From contig CAMYYF010000001.1 in the NCBI GenBank assembly GCA_947303375.1, forward strand, positions 1-54,800: a stretch of DNA of 54,800 nt. The letters are read 5' to 3'. This stretch comes from an uncultured Lachnospiraceae bacterium. GTDB taxonomy: Bacteria > Bacillota > Clostridia > Lachnospirales > Lachnospiraceae. The stretch's first letter is position 1. Each line of letters opens with the position of its first letter. The notes beneath the pieces were generated by a model, which was given only the letters and a program-made list of their open reading frames with translations, was not told the DNA's origin and made no database searches. Shown piece after piece: positions 46,221 to 54,800 of the stretch. Both the position numbers and the translations under genes were made by a program.

Positions 46221-48446
46221 TTAAAACCCGTTCATAGGGTTAAAATCAAACATTACCGTTTCTTTTGTTAAATTGAATTTTTCGGTTTCGGTTTCGATAT
46301 AATCCTTAACCGAAATAAGGTTTTCGTAGTTTAAACTTTTAATATATATAACTCTTCTGTATATATCGCATTTTTTCGAAAGCGTCGCATTCGCAGGTCC
46401 GATTTTGCCGATTTCTTCCCTGAACGGAAGCTTGTCAATCATATCGGCTATAACCTTCGAAAGTTTGACGACTCTCTTTTCTTCTTCGCCCGTAATCTGA
46501 ATTCCTAAAAGATTGCCCACAGGCGGATACATAAGTTCTCTTCTGTATGCTATTTCTTCCTCATAAAAGGCATCATAGTCCTGTTTTGCGGCATGTATTA
46601 CAGCATAGTGCTCGGGCTGATAGGTCTGAATTACAACTTCGCCCGCATTCTCGCCTCTTCCTGCTCTGCCGCCTGCCTGTACGAGCTGCTGGAACGCTCT
46701 CTCGCCTGCTCTGTAATCCTCTGCATTTAAAGCCATGTCTGCGGCTAAAATACCTACGAGGGTTACACCCTTAAAATCATGTCCTTTTACAATCATCTGG
46801 GTACCGATTAAGATATCTGCTTCCCTGTTGGAAAACCTTGATAAAATCGATTCGTAATCCTCTTCTTTTTTGGTCGAATCGGCATCCATACGTAAGGTAA
46901 GCGCATGAGGGAATTCTTTTCTTACGAAATCCTCTATCATCTGTGTGCCGGCCTTAAAGCCTCTTACCTTGTCAGCACCGCATTTTGAACATATATTCGT
47001 AAAAGGTGTTTCATATCCGCAGTAATGGCATTTAAGAGTGCCGTCCCTGTGATATGAAAGCGACACGTCGCAGTGCGGACATTTAACAACTTCTCCGCAT
47101 TCCCTGCAGGAAACAAATCCGGAGATTCCTCTTCTGTTTAGGAAAAGCATTATCTGCTCGTGTTTGTCTAATCTTTCTTTTATGAGCTTTTTAAGGCGCC
47201 TTGAAAATACCGATTTGTTGCCGTCCTTAAGTTCCGCTCTCATATCTTCCACGTATACGTTTGGAAGAGTATTTCCGGTCAGACGGTTGTTTAATCTGTA
47301 TAATTTGTATTCGCCGTTCTTGGCTTTATAATAACTCTCAAGCGAAGGTGTCGCAGAACCGAGCACAAGTACGGAATTCGTAAGTTCGCAAAGTTTGGCC
47401 GCAACCTCTCTTGCGTGGTATTTTGGCATATTGTCGGCCTTGTAGGAGCTTTCATGCTCTTCGTCGATTACCACGATTCCCAAGTTTTCAAAGGGTGTGA
47501 AAAGCGCGGATCTCGGTCCAATCATAATATCGACCTTGCCCTCTTTGACCTTAAGGTACTGGTCGTACCGCTCACCCGCAGTCATCTTCGAATGTATGAC
47601 GCTTACCCTGTCACCGAATCGCGCATAAAATCTCATCAGATTCTGATAGGTTAACGCTATCTCGGGGATTAAAAGAATCGCCTGTTTTCCCTCGTTTAAC
47701 CTGTCTTCGATTAGACGCATGTAAACTTCGGTCTTACCCGAGCCTGTAATACCGTGTATTAAATATGTGTTTCTTTCGTTATTTGCTAAATCATTATTGA
47801 CATCATCTACTATTTTTTGCTGTTCATCGGATAAAGAAAGTGAAACATCTTCGGGATTTACGATTTTTACGGGGTTTCTGTATACCGTTTCCTCTTCGAT
47901 TTTTATGCAGTCATATTTTACGAGTGCATTAATCGTCTGCGCGGAAACATTCATTTTGCCCGTGATGAACGAATAAGACATATCGGGATATTTTATGAGT
48001 TCCCGTAAAAGACGCTCCTGCGCATTCCTGTGCTTTTTTGCAGCTTCATTCGCAAAGTATTCGAGTCTGTCCTTATCCATCAGGGCGATGACTCTTTTAC
48101 GAACTTCTCTTTTAACCGTCTTCTTAACGGGCATAACAGTTTTTAAGGCATTTATCTGAGTCGAGCCGTAGGTCTTTCTTATAAAAGAAGCAAGCTTAAT
48201 CAGTATCTCATCAGCCTTAACGCTGCCTTTTTTAATTCCGATAATATCTTTTATTTTATCCGAATCGTAATCGCTTTTATCCTTGATTCTTATTACGTAG
48301 CCGCTTATGACTTTGTTTCCGCGGCCGAAAGGAATGTCTACGAGACTTCCTTCCTCGATTACGGCTTCAAGCGATTCGGGGATTCTGTATGTAAATGGTC
48401 TGTCGAGTTTTTCGTGGGAAATATCCACTATTACTTCAGCGTACAA
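46221..48446 (-). CDS. priA: primosomal protein N'
   Basis: GITGSGKT, DEEH, CREC/CPHC/CHYC/CSKC zinc motifs. Probable TTG start at 48446 after GGAGG. Confidence 0.94.
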   Translation of the reverse strand: MYAEVIVDISHEKLDRPFTYRIPESLEAVIEEGSLVDIPFGRGNKVISGYVIRIKDKSDYDSDKIKDIIGIKKGSVKADEILIKLASFIRKTYGSTQINALKTVMPVKKTVKREVRKRVIALMDKDRLEYFANEAAKKHRNAQERLLRELIKYPDMSYSFITGKMNVSAQTINALVKYDCIKIEEETVYRNPVKIVNPEDVSLSLSDEQQKIVDDVNNDLANNERNTYLIHGITGSGKTEVYMRLIEDRLNEGKQAILLIPEIALTYQNLMRFYARFGDRVSVIHSKMTAGERYDQYLKVKEGKVDIMIGPRSALFTPFENLGIVVIDEEHESSYKADNMPKYHAREVAAKLCELTNSVLVLGSATPSLESYYKAKNGEYKLYRLNNRLTGNTLPNVYVEDMRAELKDGNKSVFSRRLKKLIKERLDKHEQIMLFLNRRGISGFVSCRECGEVVKCPHCDVSLSYHRDGTLKCHYCGYETPFTNICSKCGADKVRGFKAGTQMIEDFVRKEFPHALTLRMDADSTKKEEDYESILSRFSNREADILIGTQMIVKGHDFKGVTLVGILAADMALNAEDYRAGERAFQQLVQAGGRAGRGENAGEVVIQTYQPEHYAVIHAAKQDYDAFYEEEIAYRRELMYPPVGNLLGIQITGEEEKRVVKLSKVIADMIDKLPFREEIGKIGPANATLSKKCDIYRRVIYIKSLNYENLISVKDYIETETEKFNLTKETVMFDFNPMNGF

Positions 48447-48462
48447 ATGGACCTCCAAACTA

Positions 48463-49446
48463 TCATTCCGGTTTATACGATGCAAATTTAACTTTCTTGG
48501 TAAGCTTCGCTACCAGTTCAGGATCAACGTCTCCGACATTTAATGTGTTAACATGTGCGCTTGATACCGCTGATGCATATATCGCACATTCAAGCAACGG
48601 ACAGTTTTTCATAAGCGAATGAATAAGTGCCGCCATTACGCAGTCACCGCTTCCTACGGTATTTACTACCTCGACGTCGGGTGCATCACATACTATGATT
48701 TCATTCTTTGCGAATAAAAGAAGTCCGCGTTTTCCCAATGTGACACATATAATCGCAATACCGGTCTTATGCAAATCTATTAAATCCGGAAGCATTACTT
48801 TCTTAAACGAAGTACTTTCAAAAAATGCGTTAAAGCCTTCATCTAAAGCCGTCACATCATATTTGTGATTTGTCAGATTTTCAAATTCGCTTAAGTTAGG
48901 CTTAATTAGGAAAGGCGCATGCGATATTGCATTTATAAGTGCAGGACCTGATGTATCCAGACACGCAGGCACGCCCTCTCTGTTTGCTATATCAGTAAGC
49001 GTCGCATAAAAGCCTTCGCCTAAGCCTATCGGAAGGCTTCCCGATAAGACTACCATGTCGGCCTTTTTTACGAGGTTCATGTAAAGATGCAAAAACTCTT
49101 CTTCGCTTCTTGCATCAACCAAATGACCGCCCTCAAGAATCTCCGTCACGTTTCCGTATGAATCGATGTAATTCATATTGGTTCTCGTTTCGGAGGCAAG
49201 CATTATAAAGCGGTTTGGCATTTTTCGCTGATTTAATTCCTCGATTATTATCCTGCCGCACTTTCCGCCCGCGAAGCCTGTCACGAATGCATCCTCACCC
49301 TGGAGGCGCAAATCAAATGCCACATTTACGGCTTTTCCGCCTGCATGCACGCTCTCTAAACTCGCGCGGTTTACCTTGCCTATATTTATTGAATTTAATT
49401 TGAGCATCTTATCCACTGCGGGATTAAGAGATACGCAAAGTATCAT
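48463..49446 (-). CDS. 1-phosphofructokinase / tagatose-6-phosphate kinase family (PfkB)
   Basis: LNPAVD, GGKAVNVA, SGSLP, IKPN..E, NTVGSGD. Start ATG 49446. Confidence 0.88.
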   Translation of the reverse strand: MILCVSLNPAVDKMLKLNSINIGKVNRASLESVHAGGKAVNVAFDLRLQGEDAFVTGFAGGKCGRIIIEELNQRKMPNRFIMLASETRTNMNYIDSYGNVTEILEGGHLVDARSEEEFLHLYMNLVKKADMVVLSGSLPIGLGEGFYATLTDIANREGVPACLDTSGPALINAISHAPFLIKPNLSEFENLTNHKYDVTALDEGFNAFFESTSFKKVMLPDLIDLHKTGIAIICVTLGKRGLLLFAKNEIIVCDAPDVEVVNTVGSGDCVMAALIHSLMKNCPLLECAIYASAVSSAHVNTLNVGDVDPELVAKLTKKVKFASYKPE

Positions 49447-49459
49447 TTCACACTCCGAA

Positions 49460-51223
49460 TCATGTAAACTTATAGTCTTTAACCGTAAAATCAATGCTTC
49501 GTCTGTCTTTATAAACATTGATGCCGGGATAATACGAAACCGTAAGGCGAATGTTTTCTCCTACAAGGCTTACGCCCTTGTAATCGTAGAGTTTTTCAAG
49601 TATTCCCTCACCCTTTGCTCCTAAAAGAAACTCTTCAAACTCATCGGCCTTTCGCCAGAGTTTAAGCTCTTTTACATTTCCATACGCGTCTTTGACAGTA
49701 AGGAAAATGTGGTTTTCTCCGACTCTTCTGCCCTTTAAAAGCTGTAAATCTCTGAGTGCAAAAACGGGCGTTGTATTTCCGACTCCGAAGGGCTCTAATT
49801 TAAACAAATCGTCTATCAGATTTTCGGTTACATATCCGAAAGGCATGTCTGCATCAATATAAAGCTTTTCGGTTAAATCATCTTTGGTTAACGATGAATC
49901 CCTGTTTAATCTTTCAATCAGTTCCCCGAGATTTTCTTTTTTAAGAGATAATCCGCAGGCTGCTTTGTGACCGCCGAATTTACTTAAGATATCAGCGCAT
50001 TTCTGAATGCCTTCAATCATATTGTATTCGTCGATTGAACGGCCGGACCCTGTAATTCCTTCGTTTGAATCAGTGAAAACAATCGCAGGATGATAATAAT
50101 TTTCTCTTATTCTTCCTGCCACCAGTCCGCAGATGGATACGTGGCATTCGGGCAGGTAAAGTACAATTACATCAGGGATTTCGCCGTCGGCATACATTTC
50201 TTTTATTTTGCCGACACCGTCATTAACACATTTTTCGGTAAGCTCTTTTCTTTCTGCATTTAACGAAAGGAGCTTGTCGGATAATTCTTCTCTCTTTGAA
50301 GAATCGTCGCTTAAGAAAAGATTTACGCTTGTATCGGCCACTTCTATTCTGCCCGAGGCATTAATGCAGGGACCGATTCTAAAGCCTATGTCTGTTGCTA
50401 CAAGTCTTTCCTTGGCACTTAATTCACATTTCTCAACTAATTTATTTAAGCCGGGATTTAATGCACATTTAAGTCTCGGCAAAACCCACTTGACCAGGTT
50501 TCTGTTCTCATTCGTTAAAGGCATTACATCCGTAACGCACGCTATGGCTGCAAATTCGAGAAGTTCTTCTTTTATGGTATCAAATTTCGTATCGTTATCA
50601 AAAAGCGCCGAGAGAACCTTAAAAGCCACCTGTGCGCCACATATATCCGGGAAAGGATATTCATTGGTGCATAGTTTAGGATTTACTATTGCATCCACTT
50701 TGGTCGGAACTTCGCTTTCTGTAACCGTATGATGATCTGTTACAACAACTTCCATTCCGAGTTCCACAGCAAGGTCTATGGAGTCTCTCGCTGATATTCC
50801 GTTATCGCATGTAATGATAAATCCTACACCGGCTAAATGCGCATTTTTTACGATGTTCTCATTGATGCCGTATCCGTCCGATATACGGTTTGGAATCACA
50901 TAATCGCAGTCAAGTCCGAAGAGCTTAAGACCTTTCATAAGGATGACACTTGAGCATACTCCGTCGGCATCGTAATCTCCGACTATCAGAGTCTTTAAGT
51001 TTTTTTCTTTGGCCTCTTTTATTTTTGCTACTGCTTTGTCTATATTCGGAAGACCCTTATATGAAAAACTCTCCGAAATGTCCGATGAAAGAAATCTTTT
51101 CATTTCTTCCAATTCGATTATGCCTCTGTTGACCATTATTCTGACTGCAACGGGGTCTATATTCAGTTCTTTTGAAAGGCCTGCATAATCGGCGCTTTTT
51201 CTTAAAAGAATCCAGTTTTTCAT
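49460..51223 (-). CDS. recJ: single-stranded DNA exonuclease RecJ
   Basis: GDYDADG, TCDNG, TDHH, GSGRS, GGHKAACG. Confidence 0.95.
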   Translation of the reverse strand: MKNWILLRKSADYAGLSKELNIDPVAVRIMVNRGIIELEEMKRFLSSDISESFSYKGLPNIDKAVAKIKEAKEKNLKTLIVGDYDADGVCSSVILMKGLKLFGLDCDYVIPNRISDGYGINENIVKNAHLAGVGFIITCDNGISARDSIDLAVELGMEVVVTDHHTVTESEVPTKVDAIVNPKLCTNEYPFPDICGAQVAFKVLSALFDNDTKFDTIKEELLEFAAIACVTDVMPLTNENRNLVKWVLPRLKCALNPGLNKLVEKCELSAKERLVATDIGFRIGPCINASGRIEVADTSVNLFLSDDSSKREELSDKLLSLNAERKELTEKCVNDGVGKIKEMYADGEIPDVIVLYLPECHVSICGLVAGRIRENYYHPAIVFTDSNEGITGSGRSIDEYNMIEGIQKCADILSKFGGHKAACGLSLKKENLGELIERLNRDSSLTKDDLTEKLYIDADMPFGYVTENLIDDLFKLEPFGVGNTTPVFALRDLQLLKGRRVGENHIFLTVKDAYGNVKELKLWRKADEFEEFLLGAKGEGILEKLYDYKGVSLVGENIRLTVSYYPGINVYKDRRSIDFTVKDYKFT

Positions 51224-51243
51224 AAGTGTTTTCTCATTATGTC

Positions 51244-51271
51244 AAAAAGAAGCCTCGCGTAAGCAAGGCTT
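51244..51271 (-). terminator. terminator after secDF
   Basis: Minus strand AAGCCTTGC-TTAC-GCGAGGCTT followed by CTTTTT. Confidence 0.65.
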
Positions 51272-51277
51272 GTTTTT

Positions 51278-53785
51278 TTAAGGTAATTCGTCTTCGTCGT
51301 CGTTGTCTTTAGGCACAAATACTTTTCGTAAGAATACCCACAGCGTTCCGGCTAAGCATACGGATGAATATGTACCGCAAAGGATACCGATCATCAGAGG
51401 AAGTGCAAATTCCCTGATGGAAGTAACACCCAGTATGTACAAAAGAAGTACCATAACGAATGTGGTTAATGAAGTAAAGATACTTCTTGAAAGCGTAGAT
51501 GTAATTGCGCTGTTTACGATTCCCTTTACGTCAAGCACATTTTCGGGATTGACTTCTTCGCCTTTTCTCTTTTTCTTTCTTCTTGAGCCGAGAGATTCAA
51601 TTCGAAGTTTCTCTTCTTTTAATTCCTCTCTTACTCTGTCGAAGATAACGATGGTCGCGTTGATTGAATAACCGACTATCGTCAGCATGCAGGCAATGAA
51701 TGTGGAGCCTACGCTGATACGTGCTACGGCATAGAATGCAAGCACGATAAGTACGTCATGTAAAAGACATGCAATACTCGATAAACCGAATCTGAAATCC
51801 GAGAACCTGATCCAGATGTATATAAGCATTAAGAGTACGGCGATTGATACGGCGATGATTGATTCCTTTTTCATTTCTCCGGAAATCGTAGCCGAAATGG
51901 TCTCGGATTCAAGTGAGCCCTCAACCGCGTTGAATTCGTTTATAAGAAGATTGTCAAGTTCGTCTCTTTCTGCGTCCTCAAGACTTCTGGTCTTAATGAT
52001 GATTTCGTTGCCGCCCTCGACCTTCTGAATCTGAACGTTTCCGTCGCCGGTAATACCCTCAACCTTGGGTGTGATTGTGGCATCGATTTCATCGATTGAA
52101 AGGTTTTCGCTTAATTCCACATTGGTTGATGTACCGCCTACGAACTCTAGTGAATAATTCAAAGCACTGCCTTTTCTTACGCCGTTGATTCCCATGAATA
52201 CAAAGCCTGCTAAGATAAGAACGAGTGAAATGATTACAAATATATGTCCCTTGCTTATGAAGTTGATGCTCTTTCTCTCTTTTGCGATACCGTAAAGTTT
52301 TAAGTTTGTAATACCGAGTGCCATGAATCCCTGAAGGATAAGTCTCGTGATTACAAGTGCGGTAAACATTGAAAGCGCAATACCGATCGCAAGTGTCTGA
52401 GCGAATCCCTTGATGGTACCCGAACCGAAGAACATAAGCACGAATGCTGCGATAAGTGTGGTGATGTTACCGTCGAGGATGGCACTTAAAGCCTTCTTGA
52501 AGCCGACATTTACGGAATCTTCAAGTGTCTTGCCTTTGGCAAGCTCTTCTCTGATTCTCGCGAATATGATAACGTTTGCGTCAACCGCCATACCGATTGA
52601 AAGGATGATACCTGCGATACCGGGAAGGGTAAGCGTAATGGCATCGTGGAATACGGAAAGAACGCACACGATAAGTACCGTATAAAGTGCAAGTGCAAGA
52701 ACGGATGCAAGACCGGGTATGAAATATACCGCGATCATGATAATCGCAACAAGCGCAAGACCGATTGCAGCCGCCTTGATGGAAGTAGAAACTGCCTCGG
52801 AACCGAGCTGTGCACCTACGATATTGTCTCTTAATTTCTCAAGTGAAAGTTTAAGGGCACCGATACGAATCTTGGAAGCAAGTCTGTCTGCTTCTGTAAG
52901 ATTTCCCATACCGGTAATAACTGCTTCACCGTTTGTAATTACTACGGATACTCTGGGAACCGATATAAAGTTACCGTCATAGTAAATCGCGATTGTTTCG
53001 CCTTTTGAATAAGCATTTCTGGTTGCATCGGCAAATTTCTGAGTACCCGAATCGTTTAAAGAAAGTGCTACGACATTTTCTTTGTTGCCTGTGGACTGAT
53101 TGTCCTGGGTTGCAGCCTTTGCACTCTTAACATCCGTACCGTCAAGAATGATGGAGCCGTCTGCCTTTAACTGATCAATGCTCTTTAAAAGGATGTATGA
53201 AATATTCCGTTCTTCGAAAGCGTTTAAGTCGTAATTTACAACATTGCCGTTTTCGTCAAGAAGTGCCATGCCTGTTGTATCGTCATAGTACACAGCCATG
53301 TCATCGCTGTCGTTTACGAAGAAGAATTTGTTGTATTTCTCATCCATATATACAAGATTGCCTTCGGCGGAAATCTCGTAATAATAGTTGATATTGCCTT
53401 CCGAGTCCGTCTGGGAAATGAAATATAACGAACCGGGTCTTCCGAGTTCTTCGAGAATTGCGGATGCATCCGTTACGCCGGGAATTTCGATGGTAATACG
53501 GTCGTTGTTACCGCCTTCCTGGTAAACCTGAGCTTCCGTAGAGTATGTCTCTGCCTTGTTTCTCAGCTTTTCAATGGTATCGGCCATATCTTCGGCGGTA
53601 GGATTTTCTTCTCCGACTACCTGATATGTGATACTTAAACCGCCCGCAAGGTCAAGACCCTGAGATATATTTCTGTAACTTCCCGCCTTCTGGGGTCCCA
53701 CACCGCAAACTGCTATATAACCGAGTCCTCCGGTTATGCAAAGTATGAGAATTAAAGCAATTATCTTTCCTATTCTGCCTTTCAT
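51278..53785 (-). CDS. secDF: fused protein translocase subunit SecDF
   Basis: GLDLAGG, IGMAVDANVIIF.RI.EE, EFVGGT, GYSINATIVIFDRVRE. Start probably ATG 53785. Confidence 0.94.
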   Translation of the reverse strand: MKGRIGKIIALILILCITGGLGYIAVCGVGPQKAGSYRNISQGLDLAGGLSITYQVVGEENPTAEDMADTIEKLRNKAETYSTEAQVYQEGGNNDRITIEIPGVTDASAILEELGRPGSLYFISQTDSEGNINYYYEISAEGNLVYMDEKYNKFFFVNDSDDMAVYYDDTTGMALLDENGNVVNYDLNAFEERNISYILLKSIDQLKADGSIILDGTDVKSAKAATQDNQSTGNKENVVALSLNDSGTQKFADATRNAYSKGETIAIYYDGNFISVPRVSVVITNGEAVITGMGNLTEADRLASKIRIGALKLSLEKLRDNIVGAQLGSEAVSTSIKAAAIGLALVAIIMIAVYFIPGLASVLALALYTVLIVCVLSVFHDAITLTLPGIAGIILSIGMAVDANVIIFARIREELAKGKTLEDSVNVGFKKALSAILDGNITTLIAAFVLMFFGSGTIKGFAQTLAIGIALSMFTALVITRLILQGFMALGITNLKLYGIAKERKSINFISKGHIFVIISLVLILAGFVFMGINGVRKGSALNYSLEFVGGTSTNVELSENLSIDEIDATITPKVEGITGDGNVQIQKVEGGNEIIIKTRSLEDAERDELDNLLINEFNAVEGSLESETISATISGEMKKESIIAVSIAVLLMLIYIWIRFSDFRFGLSSIACLLHDVLIVLAFYAVARISVGSTFIACMLTIVGYSINATIVIFDRVREELKEEKLRIESLGSRRKKKRKGEEVNPENVLDVKGIVNSAITSTLSRSIFTSLTTFVMVLLLYILGVTSIREFALPLMIGILCGTYSSVCLAGTLWVFLRKVFVPKDNDDEDELP

Positions 53786-53842
53786 TTCATAAAAACCTTT
53801 CTTATTTATAGGATAATTTCGCACAATAAATTATTATGCCAT

Positions 53843-53870
53843 AAAAACGGCCGAAAGTAAATAGCGGCCT
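53843..53870 (-). terminator. possible terminator after the CNNM gene
   Basis: Minus strand GGCCG-N11-CGGCC followed by GTTTTT. Confidence 0.45.
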
Positions 53871-54800
53871 ACTCTTTCGCCTCTTTTTCGTAATTCTTGT
53901 CGGGGAGGAATATTTTCACCGACAAAATCCTGTTTCTGGCTACTTTCAAAGCCAGAAGCTTGGTACCGTTTTCAAGTACAACCGACTCACCTTCCCTGGG
54001 CAGTCTGTCCAGGCAGTCAATCATAAGACCGCCTATGGTATCGTAATCCTCGCTTTCAAATTCCGTGTCAAGCGCATCGTTTATGTCATCAAGCTTAAGA
54101 TTGCCCTGTACGATATACTCTTTGTCGGATTTTTTTCTTATTAATTCTTCTTCGTCGGAATCGTATTCGTCCCTTATTTCGCCGACTATCTCCTCTAAAA
54201 GATCCTCGAGTGTAATCATGCCTTCGGCTTCGCCGTATTCGTTTAAAACTATGGCGATATTGTACGAAGACTGCCTCATCTGCGTCAAAAGATCCGAAGT
54301 CTTTTTGTTCTCGTATGTATAGTACGGCTCCCTTAAATAATCTTCCGTCTTAAAACTCTCGGGATTTTTGACAAAAAGAAAATCCTTCATGTTGAGAATG
54401 CCTATAATATGTTCCTTTGAATCCCTGTAAACAGGCAGACGCGTATACATGTTTTCCCTGAAAACATTCATGATTTCGCGGTAGGATGCCTTTTCGTTTA
54501 CCATCACCATATCGATTCTCGGAATCATAATGTCTCTCGCCTTTGAATCGGATAAGTCGAATAGATTGATAATCATATCCTTTTCTTTTTCCTCAATGAC
54601 TCCGTCCTCGTGTGATGTATCAAGAATGGTTCTTAATTCCCCTTCGGTAATGGAAGGCGCATCGTCTTTTGTGTCTATTCTCAGTATTTTCATAAGAATA
54701 AAAGCCGTCTTGTCAACAAGGAAAATAACAGGGGTAAATACAAAGAGATAAACTCTGAAAACATATGAATAAACAAGCACGATTTTATCCGCTTTTATCT
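53869..54800 (-). CDS. hemolysin-like CNNM/CBS/CorC transporter, 5' end outside the window
   Basis: IMIPRIDM, TRLPVY, EYG...G.ITLEDLLEEIVGEI, C-terminal CorC domain. Confidence 0.9.
   Translation of the reverse strand, partial: IKADKIVLVYSYVFRVYLFVFTPVIFLVDKTAFILMKILRIDTKDDAPSITEGELRTILDTSHEDGVIEEKEKDMIINLFDLSDSKARDIMIPRIDMVMVNEKASYREIMNVFRENMYTRLPVYRDSKEHIIGILNMKDFLFVKNPESFKTEDYLREPYYTYENKKTSDLLTQMRQSSYNIAIVLNEYGEAEGMITLEDLLEEIVGEIRDEYDSDEEELIRKKSDKEYIVQGNLKLDDINDALDTEFESEDYDTIGGLMIDCLDRLPREGESVVLENGTKLLALKVARNRILSVKIFLPDKNYEKEAKE

Noticed and set aside
2962..54751. Numerous 60-235 aa antisense or alternate-frame ORFs in the track (e.g. 4636-5343, 8454-8942, 50208-50732)
   Set aside because: They overlap well-supported genes and have no motifs or RBS. 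They are shadow ORFs.

Overview
The window looks like a low-GC anaerobic Firmicute chromosome, with gene content and order typical of Lachnospiraceae/Clostridiales. The right third (37.9-54.8 kb) is housekeeping: CNNM/CBS, secDF, recJ, a PfkB kinase, priA, def, fmt, rsmB, rlmN, stp, pknB, rsgA and rpe. The left two thirds are accessory. (1) A repeat-rich spacer and an AT-rich acyltransferase-3 gene lie at the left edge. (2) A compact FAS-II elongation operon (acp-fabK-fabG-fabF-fabZ plus an acyl-CoA ligase, no fabH/fabD/acc in the operon) is followed by a PAS + SARP-like regulator, and its promoter has heptamer repeats in SARP geometry. (3) A ZIP transporter, iscSU, a LytTR three-gene module and a lipoprotein follow. 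(4) The main candidate novel system is a tightly coupled minus-strand operon: acyl-AMP ligase, ACP, a YghO/bacterial ceramide synthase-like GNAT, a FemAB-like GNAT and FIVE tandem cobalamin-dependent radical SAM enzymes, suggesting an unknown multiply modified N-acyl lipid. (5) Immediately upstream, and apparently co-transcribed, are three tandem Zn-ribbon/TIR/transmembrane paralogues with conserved catalytic Glu and variable C-termini. (6) An ArsR-HMA-P1B ATPase metal resistance unit closes the accessory region. No rRNA, tRNA, CRISPR array, transposase or integrase was seen. All family assignments come from motif recognition by eye, not database searches.
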